Assembly: GCA_965223505.1 (NCBI GenBank)
Contig: CBDCWP010000043.1
Span: 73,014-137,013 of the forward strand
Length of the DNA stretch: 64,000 nucleotides
DNA from: Planctomycetota bacterium
Lineage (GTDB): Bacteria; Planctomycetota; PLA2; JAEUHO01
Direction of reading: 5' to 3'
The notes under the pieces were generated by a model. The model was not told where the DNA came from and did no database searches. It worked only from the letters and a program-made list of their open reading frames with translations. Made by a program: the position numbers and the translations under genes. Below, piece after piece: positions 1-9,150 of the stretch (position 1 is the first letter of the stretch; the number at the start of each line of letters is the position of its first letter).

Positions 1-276
1 GAACGTGCCGAACATGCCGCTCAGCGCGAAGCACCACCACGCCCAGTTCATCCAGATGCCGTGGTCGCGCACCCAGCCGGTGATCACCAGCGGCGTGTCG
101 GCGGCGAAGCTCGTCGCGACCATCGAGGTTCCGGCGATCCACCACGGCAGGCTGCGGCCGGTGAGGAAGAACTGATCGACGCTCTTGCTCGCCCGCTTCG
201 AGAGGACCAGCCCGATCGTCAGGGCCAGGCCCAGGTAGGCGAAGATCACGAGCCAGTCGACGACATGGAGCTTCAA
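1..276 (-). CDS. Sodium:solute symporter (SSS) family protein, N-terminal part; runs off the window edge
   Basis: Manual translation, not in ORF track: (L)KLHVVDWLVIFAYLGLALTIGL..KRASKSVDQFFLTGRSLPWWIAGTSMVATSFAADTPL, the typical SSS N-terminus. TTG start at 276 with GAGAGG upstream. Confidence 0.85.
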   Translation of the reverse strand, partial: MKLHVVDWLVIFAYLGLALTIGLVLSKRASKSVDQFFLTGRSLPWWIAGTSMVATSFAADTPLVITGWVRDHGIWMNWAWWCFALSGMFGTF

Positions 277-317
277 CGGCTGCCTCTCCGGTTCCGCGGC
301 GGGATCGCCCTGCCGGG

Positions 318-499
318 CTAGGGTGTGTCGGAAAGCTCTCCGTCGCGAGGTCGGGGAGACCGAAGCGAGTCGAGGCTCGGACGAGCGGTTCTCGCCGGAG
401 GCGGGCTCTGTGCCCGCTGAGGACGGGGTTCCGAGTTCGAGCCCGACGGAGCGAGAGAATCGCCGACCGCAGCAGGACGAGTTTCCAGACAGACCCTAG
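318..499. mobile_element. MITE-like non-autonomous element (182 bp) with terminal inverted repeats and CTAG at both ends
   Basis: Left end CTAGGGTGTGTC-GGAAA (318-334). Right end TTTCCAGACAGACCCTAG (482-499), reverse complement CTAGGGTCTGTCTGGAAA. Nested internal inverted repeats, no credible ORF. Confidence 0.6.
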
Positions 500-550
500 G
501 ATGCGGGACCCCGGGGACGCCGCGCAAACGGGCCCGCAGTGGAGACATCG

Positions 551-1816
551 ATGTCGGTCCTTCGCAATGCCAGTGTGGCGCTTTGCCTGCTCGCGATCGC
601 AGCGGCATGCGGCGAGTCGCCGGCCGGGAAGCAGCCCACGTCTTCGATCGAGCTGAACGCGGACACGTTTGCGGCCCTCCGCGACCAGATCCAACCGTCC
701 GAGGCCGAGCGTGCGTGGCAGCAGATCGACTGGTATCCGTCCTACGCGGAGGGTCTGCAGGCGGCGTCGGTGCAGCAGAAGCCCGTGCTCCTGTGGGTGA
801 TGAACGGCCACCCGCTCGGCTGTACCTGAAACAACGGTGTCGCGGGCCGGCGGTCCGTGTGGTCGAACCCGGACGTGATCGAAACGGCGAAGCCGTTCGT
901 GGCGGTCACCGACGAAGTCTGGCGACTGCAGCGCGGCACGGACGCGGAGTGCCGCCACTTTCAGAAGATGGCCGACCAGGGCCACTACCGGGCCAAGGGC
1001 GGCACGCGCCAGGGCATCTACGTCCTCACGGCGAACGGAACGTTCCTCGCATCGGTCAACGCGCTCGACGCGGCGAAGGTGCTCGAGACCATGGAGCAGG
1101 GACTCGCCGCGTGGGAAGAGACGTCCGCGGACGCGCGCACGCTCCCCGACGACTGGGACCTCCCGCGCCGCCGCTGGGAGTCGAGCTATCCCGAGGACGG
1201 TCTGGTGCTGCGTACCCTCAACGCCGACCTCGGGCCGAACGCGGATCGCAAGCGTCTCAATCGCGACCACGTCTGGTTCACGGTCGGGGAGGCGCGTGGC
1301 TGGCTCGGTGCGGATCCGGCTGTCGGCGACGTCCACGAGGTCACGAAGACGATCGTCGAACGGCTCGCGCAGTTTCATCTCGTCGACAACGTGCGCGGCC
1401 AGACGCTGCCGTTCGCGGCGGAAGAGACCGCGGGGTCCAGGATCACGACGACGGTGCGCTCGCGCGACGGCGACGTCGTGGCGTTCGGGATCGAGGGAAC
1501 GACGACCGCGGAGACCGACGGCACGTGGAAGTTGGGCAAGAGCGACTGGACGCCCAAGGAGGCGTTCCCGCGCCGCGTCACGACGAAGCTGCTCGGCTCC
1601 GGCCGCTACGACCTGTCGTCGCGGCGCTTCACGGCGTTCGAGCTGGTCGCGGTGGGGGAGCGCGAGGGGCGGACGAACCTGAACGGGCGGCGCGACGACG
1701 ACGTCGGGCCCGCCCCGATCGGGTTCTACTTCGAGCTCGCGCCGGATCGACCGGCGGAGCGCGTCGCGCCCGCGTTCGTCGACATCTACGCGGACTGGGT
1801 CGTTGACCCGCGCTGA
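551..1816 (+). CDS. Putative selenoprotein: thioredoxin-like lipoprotein with C-T-U motif (TGA 827-829 read as Sec, 421 aa)
   Basis: ORFs 539-829 and 857-1816 are in the same frame, separated only by TGA. Joined sequence KPVLLWVMNGHPLGCT-U-NNGVAGRRSVWSNPDVIETAKPFVAV is a continuous Trx-like segment. GGAG RBS before ATG 551, lipobox-like LLAIAAAC, hairpin at 841-859. Confidence 0.75.
841..859 (+). promoter_or_regulatory. Candidate bacterial SECIS hairpin
   Basis: CGCGGGCC-GGC-GGTCCGTG: 8-bp stem (2 G-U pairs), G-rich loop, starting 11 nt after the in-frame TGA. Confidence 0.6.
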
Positions 1817-2570
1817 CGACGCGCCGACGCCGCGGCGATACGCGTGCCCCAAGCTGGCGGCGCCGCTGCGGCTGACGGGACGCATGGACGACCCGCAGTG
1901 GGAGCGCGTCCCGTGGACGGAGGACTTCGTCGACATCGAGGGCGACCGCAAGCCCACGCCGCGTCATCGCACGCGCGCCAAGATGTGCTGGGACGACACC
2001 TACTTCTACGTGGCCGCCCGGCTCGACGACCCGCACGTCTTCGCGACGCTGACCGAGAAGAACGCCGTCATCTTCCACGACCCCGACTTCGAGATCTTCA
2101 TCGACCCCGACGGCGACACGCGCCACTACTACGAGTTCGAGATCAACGCGCTCGGCACGATCTGGGAGCTGTACCTGGAGAAGACCTACCGCGACGGCGG
2201 GCCTGTGCACGAGGGGTACAACCTCGACGGACTGCGGAGCGCGGTGCACGTCGACGGGACGATCAACGACCCGTCGGACGTCGACGGGGGCTGGTCCGTC
2301 GAGGTCGCGATCCCGTGGGAGGCGCTGCGCCTGTTCGCGCGCGAGATGCCCTGCCCGCCCGAGCCGGGCGACGAATGGCGTGTGAACTTCTCACGCGTTC
2401 ATTGGCGCTTCGAGATCGTCGACGGCGCGTATCGCAGGTTTCCGCGCGAGTCGCATCCCGAGGACAACTGGGTGTGGTCCCCCCAAGGGGTCGTCGACAT
2501 GCACCGGCCAACGACCTGGGGCTACGTCACCTTCGAGGATCCTGGCGGCGTCAGTGGCGTAGGTGAATGA
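1803..2570 (+). CDS. Carbohydrate-binding family 9-like (CBM9/DOMON-like) protein
   Basis: TRAKMCWDDTYFYVAA, DPDFEIFIDPDGD..YYEFEINALGT, WSVEVAIPW, WRVNFSR, NWVWSPQG..MH.P..WG. Start overlaps the stop of the upstream gene. Confidence 0.8.
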   Translation: MTRADDAPTPRRYACPKLAAPLRLTGRMDDPQWERVPWTEDFVDIEGDRKPTPRHRTRAKMCWDDTYFYVAARLDDPHVFATLTEKNAVIFHDPDFEIFIDPDGDTRHYYEFEINALGTIWELYLEKTYRDGGPVHEGYNLDGLRSAVHVDGTINDPSDVDGGWSVEVAIPWEALRLFAREMPCPPEPGDEWRVNFSRVHWRFEIVDGAYRRFPRESHPEDNWVWSPQGVVDMHRPTTWGYVTFEDPGGVSGVGE

Positions 2571-2737
2571 TCGTCGCGAGGACGAAGAAGAGCGCCGCGA
2601 AGCCGCCGCAGAAGACGATCGCCAGGCCAAGTCGCGTGCCGGTTCCGAAGATGAGCAGGAACAGAGCGACGAGCAGCAGCAGGAATCCGAGTCCGAAGAA
2701 CGTGAAGCGGATTGCCTCTCGCCGCCTGCTCCGACAT
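2551..2737 (-). CDS. Small two-TM membrane protein (~61 aa), apparent 1-nt frameshift near 2723
   Basis: AGGAG RBS and ATG at 2737 are one base out of frame with a hydrophobic segment (REAIRFTFFGLGFLLLLVALFLLIFG..LAIVFCGGFAALFFVLATII). Removing one G joins them. Confidence 0.4.
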
Positions 2738-2875
2738 CGACTCCTCTTCGTGTGGAGGAGTGTGACCGATTCCCACGGCGCCGTGCGCGGGTACCCCCTC
2801 GCGGCAACCGGCCCCTTCACGCTAGCATTCGTTTGTTGATGAACCTGCGTGCGCGTTTGGATTGGGGGAACCGCG

Positions 2876-4099
2876 ATGGCAAAGAGCTTCAGCGCTGCCG
2901 AATGGAACAAGGTCAACACCGAGCTTCGACGGAACCCGAGCAAGTACGGGATTCCGGCTCGTGTCTACGGCTCCGTCGTCATGGCGTCCTTCAACATCCG
3001 CAAGCTCGGCGCCGAGGCCGGCCGGGACGACCGCACCTGGCGCTTTCTCGGCAACGTATGCCGCAACTTCGATCTCATCGCGGTGCAGGAGATCCTCGAG
3101 GACCTGACCGGGCTCGAGCGGCTGCGCAAGGAGATCGGCAAGGGCGGAGTGGACTACCACGTCATCGTGTCGGACGTGACGGGCGTCTTCCCCGGTGACA
3201 AGGGCAACCCCGAACGTCTCGCATTCCTCTATCGCCCCTCGGTGATCGAGCGCGGCAACATCGTCTCGGACCTGACCTTCGACCGCACCAAGGTGCTGCA
3301 GCTGCTCGACGCCGACCTCGACGCCTTCCACAAGGGCATCCGCGACCACCGCAAGGCGGTCAAGGAGTGGGAGAAGGAGAAGGTGAGGCGCAAGGCCGCG
3401 GGGAGGCGCGCGCCGGCCAAGCCCAAGCTCGTGTTGCCCTTCCTCGGGTTCATCCGGCAGCCGTACGCCGTGAGCTTCAAGGTCGTCGGCATGCCGGGGA
3501 CGAGGCCCTATGCGTTTCTCGCGGTCAACGCGCACCTCGTGTGGGGGAGCGGCGAGGAGATCGAGCGCGACCGCGAGTTCCAAGCGCTCATGGAGTGGAT
3601 CCGGTCGCGTGAAGCCGGCACCGACGGGACGAGCTACCCCGGCGTCATCCTGTTGGGCGACTTGAATCTGGATTTCGACAAGACGCTTTCCGACTTCGAG
3701 AAGATCGCGCCGTTCCTGAAACCGTTCGAGAACAAGAAGGGCGAGCCGATCCAGGTCCGCTTTCCCTTCCTCGTCAAGCACCGGAACCAGCCCGGGGTGT
3801 TTCGGACGAACGCGCGCGCCAACCAGACCTACGACCAGATCGGGTTCTTCTTCCGGGAAAACCAGATGGCGCGGCACGTCATGGAGACCATTGCGGATCC
3901 GCAGCTGTCACGCATCGGCGAGCACGAGCGCGGCCCCGACTACGGCATGTTCAACTTCGTGGAGCTCTTCAGTCAGGCGCTTCACGGCAAGCCGTTCGCG
4001 CAGCTTCCGGGGTCGAAGCGAAAGGCGTTCTACGCCCTCTTCGAGCACAACGTCAGCGATCACATGCCGCTCTGGGTGCGCGTTCCGCTGCCCGACTGA
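2876..4099 (+). CDS. Endonuclease/exonuclease/phosphatase (EEP) family protein
   Basis: SFNIRKLG, DLIAVQEI, GDLNLDF, YDQI and SDHMPLW motifs. Confidence 0.85.
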   Translation: MAKSFSAAEWNKVNTELRRNPSKYGIPARVYGSVVMASFNIRKLGAEAGRDDRTWRFLGNVCRNFDLIAVQEILEDLTGLERLRKEIGKGGVDYHVIVSDVTGVFPGDKGNPERLAFLYRPSVIERGNIVSDLTFDRTKVLQLLDADLDAFHKGIRDHRKAVKEWEKEKVRRKAAGRRAPAKPKLVLPFLGFIRQPYAVSFKVVGMPGTRPYAFLAVNAHLVWGSGEEIERDREFQALMEWIRSREAGTDGTSYPGVILLGDLNLDFDKTLSDFEKIAPFLKPFENKKGEPIQVRFPFLVKHRNQPGVFRTNARANQTYDQIGFFFRENQMARHVMETIADPQLSRIGEHERGPDYGMFNFVELFSQALHGKPFAQLPGSKRKAFYALFEHNVSDHMPLWVRVPLPD

Positions 4100-4104
4100 C
4101 GCTG

Positions 4105-5472
4105 CTAGCCGTTCGAACGCGTCGTCTGGGTGAGATAGTCGACGAGGTCGATCTTGCTCAGCAGCCCGAGCAGGCAGCCGTCGTCGTCGACGACCAGCGC
4201 GACGTAGCCGTCGGCGAACAGCCGCGTCAGGCACGCCGCGTCGTCGTCTACGTGGACCGTCTGCACGTTGCGCAGCATGACCTCCGCGACCGACGTCTCG
4301 AGCGTCGCGTGTCCGTCGACGAGCCGCGAGAGCAAGTCGCCCTCGGTGACGATGCCGGCCAGGCGTCCCGACTCGAGCACCGGCAGCTGGCTGATGCCGT
4401 GCTCCTTCATGCGGCGGACGGCGGTCTCGAGCGTGTCGCTGCCTTGCGCCGTGACGACGTCGCGCTGGGGAAGCGCGCGCAGCAGCTCGCCGAGCGATTG
4501 GGCCGCGAGCCGCTCTTCCTCGAACCCGTTCTCGCGCATCCAGCGGTCGTCGACGAACTTCGTCATGTAGTTGCGCACCGAGTCGGGCAGGAGCGTCACG
4601 ATGCGCTTGTCGGGGCCGTACTTCTTCGCGATCTCGACCGCGGCCCACACCGCCGAACCGCACGACCCGCCGACGAGCAGTCCTTCCTGCCGGATCAGAC
4701 GCCTTGCCATCTGGAACGAGTCCCGGTCGTTGGACTTGAGCCACTCGTCGACCAGGTCCACGTCGAGCACGTCGGGGATGAAGTCGTAGCCGATGCCTTC
4801 GACCTTGTACGGTCCGATCTCGCCCGGCCCCGCGAGGATCGAGCCCACGGGATCGACGCCGATGATCTTGCAGTCCGGCGCGCCTTCCTTCACCCGCTTC
4901 GCCGCGCCCGTCAGCGTGCCGCCGGTGCCGGCCGTCAAGACGAGGTAGTCGAGGCGGCCGTCGGTCTGTTCCAGGATCTCCTGCCCCGTGCCCTCGAAGT
5001 GCGCGAGCGGATTGTCGGGGTTGCCGTACTGATCGAGGATGTGCGCGTTCGGGAGGATCTCTTCCAGCTGCTTGGCCACGCCGATGTGGCTCTCCGGCGA
5101 GTCGAACGCCGCCTCGGTCGGCGTGCGAATGATCTCCGCGCCCAGCGCTTCGAGGATGACCTGCTTCTCGCGACTCATCTTCTCGGGCATCGTAATGATC
5201 ATCCGATAGCCCTTGATCGCCGCGGCCAGGGCCATGCCGATGCCCGTGTTGCCCGACGTCGGCTCGATCAGCGTGTCGCCGGGATTGATCCGGCCGCTCT
5301 TCTCCGCCTCTTCGACCATGCGCCGGCCGATGCGGTCCTTGACCGAGCCGCCGGGGCTCACGAACTCGCACTTGGCGAGGATCTCGCACCCGGTCTCCCG
5401 GCCGATGCGGTTGAGGCGCACCATCGGTGTGTTCCCGATGGCCTCCAGGATGGTTCCGAGGATGTGACCCAT
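4105..5472 (-). CDS. cbs: Cystathionine beta-synthase (PLP fold II plus C-terminal CBS pair)
   Basis: SPGGSVKDRIG, EPTSGNTGIG, GTGGT, YKVEGIGYDFIP, LPDSVRNYMTKF, then two CBS domains. AGGAG RBS. Confidence 0.9.
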   Translation of the reverse strand: MGHILGTILEAIGNTPMVRLNRIGRETGCEILAKCEFVSPGGSVKDRIGRRMVEEAEKSGRINPGDTLIEPTSGNTGIGMALAAAIKGYRMIITMPEKMSREKQVILEALGAEIIRTPTEAAFDSPESHIGVAKQLEEILPNAHILDQYGNPDNPLAHFEGTGQEILEQTDGRLDYLVLTAGTGGTLTGAAKRVKEGAPDCKIIGVDPVGSILAGPGEIGPYKVEGIGYDFIPDVLDVDLVDEWLKSNDRDSFQMARRLIRQEGLLVGGSCGSAVWAAVEIAKKYGPDKRIVTLLPDSVRNYMTKFVDDRWMRENGFEEERLAAQSLGELLRALPQRDVVTAQGSDTLETAVRRMKEHGISQLPVLESGRLAGIVTEGDLLSRLVDGHATLETSVAEVMLRNVQTVHVDDDAACLTRLFADGYVALVVDDDGCLLGLLSKIDLVDYLTQTTRSNG

Positions 5473-5706
5473 GGGTGCTCCTTGCGGGGGCCGGAAGGTA
5501 CCACCTCGCCCTTCGATGGTCGGTTTCGCGCCACGCCGGAATCCGGCCCGCGGCCTACCGGGGATCCGCACGGGGCGGTAGCCGATCCGCGATTTTCGTC
5601 CCGATTCGGCCCAATCGGCAGGATTCGAAATTGCGCGACGCCTTCGATTGGAGGTCGCGTGAGCTAGAATCCCGGCTCAGGGCATGCGCCCCTGGGAGTA
5701 CCCGCT

Positions 5707-6729
5707 ATGCGTATCTGCACACTTCTCGGCGCAACCGCGCTCGCGTTCCTTCTCGCCACGACGGCTTGGTCCGAAGGCGGCATCGCCGTCGGCGAAGAGG
5801 CCCCCGACTTCGAGGGCGGTGACGTCCTCAACTCCGAGCCGATCAAGGTCGGCGACCTGAAGGGACGGTTGATCCTGCTGGAGCTCTTCAGCACGACCTG
5901 AGGTCCGTGCAAGACTCAGGTCGGGCACCTGAACGAGCTTCACGAAACGTACGATGGCAAGGGACTCACGGTTCTCTCGGTGACCGGTGAGGACAGGGAC
6001 CGAGTCGAGCCCTTCGTCGAGGAGTTCGGCGCGAACTTTCCCATCATGTGCCAGGCACAGTCGGGCGCGTACTCGACGGGCGGCGTTCCGTCCGCGTACC
6101 TGATCGGCGCCGACGGCACCGTCGTATGGCAAGGCCATCCGGGCAATCTCCAGGATTCCGAGATCGAAGGACATCTGAAGGACGTCAAGAAAGCCGACCG
6201 CGTGAGCACGTGGGCCTTCACGATCGTCAAGCAGCTGCCGCCGGTTCCGGACAAGCTCAAGGGCGTCAAGAAGAGCCTCGAGAAGATGAAGTTCGGCGCC
6301 GCGCTCAAGACCGTGGAAGCGGCGCTTCCGAAGCTCGAAGGCGAAGATCTCGAGGCCGGCGAGGCGATCCGCGACTGGATCGCCGGCAACGGGAAGACCA
6401 GCATGGACAAAGCCGCCACGCTCGTGCGCGAGAACAAGATCTACGACGCGTTCCTCGTGTACGAGGGTGTCGAGGACCGCTTCAAGGGACACCAGCTCGG
6501 CAAGGACGCGAAGGCCGCCGCCAAGGAGCTCAAGAGCGGCAAGGAAACCGGTCTCGAGATCAAGGCATCCGAGAAGCTCATCAAGGCCAAGAAGGAAATG
6601 CGCGGCGAAAAGAAGTTCGAAGACCAGCTCAAGTGCTTGAAGCCGGTTCTCTCGAAGAAGTACGCCGAGACCGCAGCCGGCAAGGAAGCGGCCAAGATGG
6701 CCGAGGACATCGAGGCGAAGCTCAAGTAG
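5707..6729 (+). CDS. Putative selenoprotein: exported TlpA/peroxiredoxin-like redoxin with U-x-x-C motif and helical C-terminal extension (TGA 5899-5901 = Sec65, 340 aa)
   Basis: ORFs 5707-5901 and 5980-6729 are in frame. Joined: VGEEAPDF..DLKGRLILLELFSTT-U-GPCKTQVGHLNELHETY..GLTVLSV..GVPSAYLIGADGTVVW.GHP. TGA sits at the first Cys of CxxC. Signal peptide present. Confidence 0.88.
5916..5932 (+). promoter_or_regulatory. Candidate bacterial SECIS hairpin
   Basis: TCAGGT-CGGGC-ACCTGA: 6-bp perfect stem, G-rich loop starting 21 nt after the TGA. Confidence 0.6.
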
Positions 6730-6860
6730 CCCGCCTTCCGAGAGCGTCCAGAGCATCCGGCAAGCAGCAGGCCTGGGCGGGTCTACGAACGGACCCCGTC
6801 ACCAAAGTAGTTGCCTCCTTGCGCAGGGTCGGCTCCCACCGCTACGCTCGCGGTTTGGAG

Positions 6861-9095
6861 ATGACCTTGATGTATGTGACGAAGTTGCGCGTGTGGACGC
6901 TGGCGGTCATCGCGGTCGTCTGCGTCTCGTCCACCGCGGTGCGCGCGGAAGAGGCGACGCCGAAGGCGGAATTCGAGAAAGCGCTCCGGGTCGCCAAGCG
7001 GATGCTCCAGAACGAGCGTCCGAAGTCCGGGATGAGGATCCTGAAGAAGGCGCTCGAGACGCACGCCCGCAAGGACTACGTCTACGCCCGCAAGGCCGAC
7101 ATCGAAGACGTCATCCGCCAGCTGGCGTTCGGGACCGAGAACAAGCTGCCGAAGCCGGAGGACGTCGTTGCCGGCAAGCTGCTGAAGTACACGCCGAAGA
7201 CCGGCAAGATCCACATCCAGTACGACAAGCAGGCTGCCCTGAAGGACTTCGAGAAGGAAGGCCCCTTGATGCTGTTCCCGGGCCACTTCAAAGGGCCCTT
7301 CTACTTCAAGGTCCAGGGCGCCCGCTACCCCGGCCGAGCGGAAGACTCGCCGATGATCATCATCGGCCAGGTCGAGCACCCGGAGACGGGCAAGCTCCAG
7401 ATCTGGCAGTACCTCTGCGGCATTCCCGAGTACCGCAAGGGCGGCAGCGTCTATTGGCTGCCCGCCCAGCTCATCCATCACGACGGGGAAGAGAAGCACG
7501 TGGTCTGGGACGACGAGCAGTGTCCCGCGTCCATCGGCCGCTGGTACACGATCTCGGTGGAGGTCGATGAGAGGTCGCACGATCTGAGCGTCAATTCGAC
7601 GCACGTCGGCAGCGGAAGGAAGCCCGCGGGGGTCTACGGGCTGTGCGGCTTCGAGGCCCGGAGTTGGCAATCCGTCGAGATCAAGGGAACCGTCGAACCC
7701 GCGTGGATCCAGGCCAAGATCGACGCGATCGTCCAGAAGGAGCTCGCGGAGTTCGAGAAGACGTTCGATCGAGCCAAGTACCTTCCCGGCTGGCTGTTGA
7801 AAGCGCCGACACCACCCAAGACGCCGGCGCCTTCTTCGGGGCCGACCTTCGAGAGCACCGGCTATCCGAAGGACGTCACACAGGTGCAGGCCCGGAAGCT
7901 CGATCGGGTGCGCATGATGATCGAGATGGGCCAGTATGAGAAGGCGCTGGTCGAGATCGAAAAGCCGCGGCGCGAGTCCTATCCGTCCTCTGCCTGTTTC
8001 TATCTGTCCGCGCGGGCGCGGATGGAGCTCAATCAGATGAACCAGGCGCTCGCGGATCTGAACCGCTGCTTGAGGAAGGCGCCCGAGTTCGTCGAGGGCA
8101 AGCTCGTCAAGGGCACACTGCTGTGCAAGCTCGGTGACGTACAGGAAGCCGCGACGATGTTGAACAGCGTGCTCGATGCGCGGAAGTCGGACCCGCGCAC
8201 GTACGAGGTCGCCGCGTTGTCGATGCTGATCGCGGGCCGTCCCGCGGAGGCGAAGGAGATCACCCAGCGTGCCGCAGGCGCGTCCGTGCGTTCGGCCGGT
8301 CTCGATCGGCTCAACAAGGTGCTCGTGCGCATCGTGAACGGCCCGGACTGGACGAAGTCCTGGAGCGAGAAGACGGCAAACTATCAGGTCTGCACGGACA
8401 TCGACCGAAACACGGCGAAGAAGGCCGCGAAGGTGCTCGAAGAGGCCTACGCGATGTTCAACAAGGACCTCAAGAAGATCGAGCGCGATCGTACGCGCAA
8501 GTTCAAGGTCTACCTCTTCAAGGGGCAGGCGGGGTTCCTCGCCTACCAGGAGGACCTCGCCGGCTTGTCGGGCAAGCCGTCGGAGAACGCGGCCGGGATG
8601 TACAACACGCTTCTCAAGCAGCTGCTGATCTGGAACCTCCCCGAGCGCGAGGAGATGATGCGTACGGTGCGGCACGAGGGCTTTCATCAGTATCTCGACC
8701 GCTACATGCCCAACGCCGCCGTGTGGTTCAACGAGGGGCTGGCGGAGTACTACGAGAACGCCAAGAAGGTGCGCGGCACCTGGACCGGCGGCCACGTGCA
8801 CCACGCCTACCTGCGCATGCTGAAGAAGAAGCCGCCGCGGCCGCTCGAGGAGTTCCTCTACATCTCACCGCGGAAGTTCTACGAAGAAGGGCTCGACAAC
8901 TACGCGCAGTCGTGGGCCTTCGTTCACATGCTGCGCAAGGGCGACGCGGCCCATCGCGCGTTGTTCGAGCGCTTCATGGACGCCTTCCAGGAGCACTCTT
9001 CGTTCGACGCCATGAAGAAGGTGTTGGCGGACGTCGACCTGAAGGAGCTCGACCAAGAGCTCGCCTCCTACTTGCAGGACCTTCGGGACGACTAG
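6861..9095 (+). CDS. Secreted TPR-containing protein with C-terminal DUF1570-like zincin domain
   Basis: GGAG RBS and ATG 6861, signal peptide (AVRA), TPR-like helices, HEGFHQ (HExxH)..WFNEGLAEYYE..YAQSWAFVH. Confidence 0.75.
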   Translation: MTLMYVTKLRVWTLAVIAVVCVSSTAVRAEEATPKAEFEKALRVAKRMLQNERPKSGMRILKKALETHARKDYVYARKADIEDVIRQLAFGTENKLPKPEDVVAGKLLKYTPKTGKIHIQYDKQAALKDFEKEGPLMLFPGHFKGPFYFKVQGARYPGRAEDSPMIIIGQVEHPETGKLQIWQYLCGIPEYRKGGSVYWLPAQLIHHDGEEKHVVWDDEQCPASIGRWYTISVEVDERSHDLSVNSTHVGSGRKPAGVYGLCGFEARSWQSVEIKGTVEPAWIQAKIDAIVQKELAEFEKTFDRAKYLPGWLLKAPTPPKTPAPSSGPTFESTGYPKDVTQVQARKLDRVRMMIEMGQYEKALVEIEKPRRESYPSSACFYLSARARMELNQMNQALADLNRCLRKAPEFVEGKLVKGTLLCKLGDVQEAATMLNSVLDARKSDPRTYEVAALSMLIAGRPAEAKEITQRAAGASVRSAGLDRLNKVLVRIVNGPDWTKSWSEKTANYQVCTDIDRNTAKKAAKVLEEAYAMFNKDLKKIERDRTRKFKVYLFKGQAGFLAYQEDLAGLSGKPSENAAGMYNTLLKQLLIWNLPEREEMMRTVRHEGFHQYLDRYMPNAAVWFNEGLAEYYENAKKVRGTWTGGHVHHAYLRMLKKKPPRPLEEFLYISPRKFYEEGLDNYAQSWAFVHMLRKGDAAHRALFERFMDAFQEHSSFDAMKKVLADVDLKELDQELASYLQDLRDD

Positions 9096-9150
9096 CGCGT
9101 CGATACGAAAGCGGCGCGCCTCCGCTGAGAGCGCGCCGCGGACTCGAACG

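Noticed and set aside
5473..5706. SAM or other riboswitch upstream of cbs
   Set aside because: Only generic GC hairpins; no recognisable SAM-I/II core.
6048..6860. Long N-terminal extensions in the ORF track (6048, 15511, 42672, 36539, 17178, 16147 starts)
   Set aside because: They overlap other real genes in different frames; downstream starts with an RBS or signal peptide fit better.
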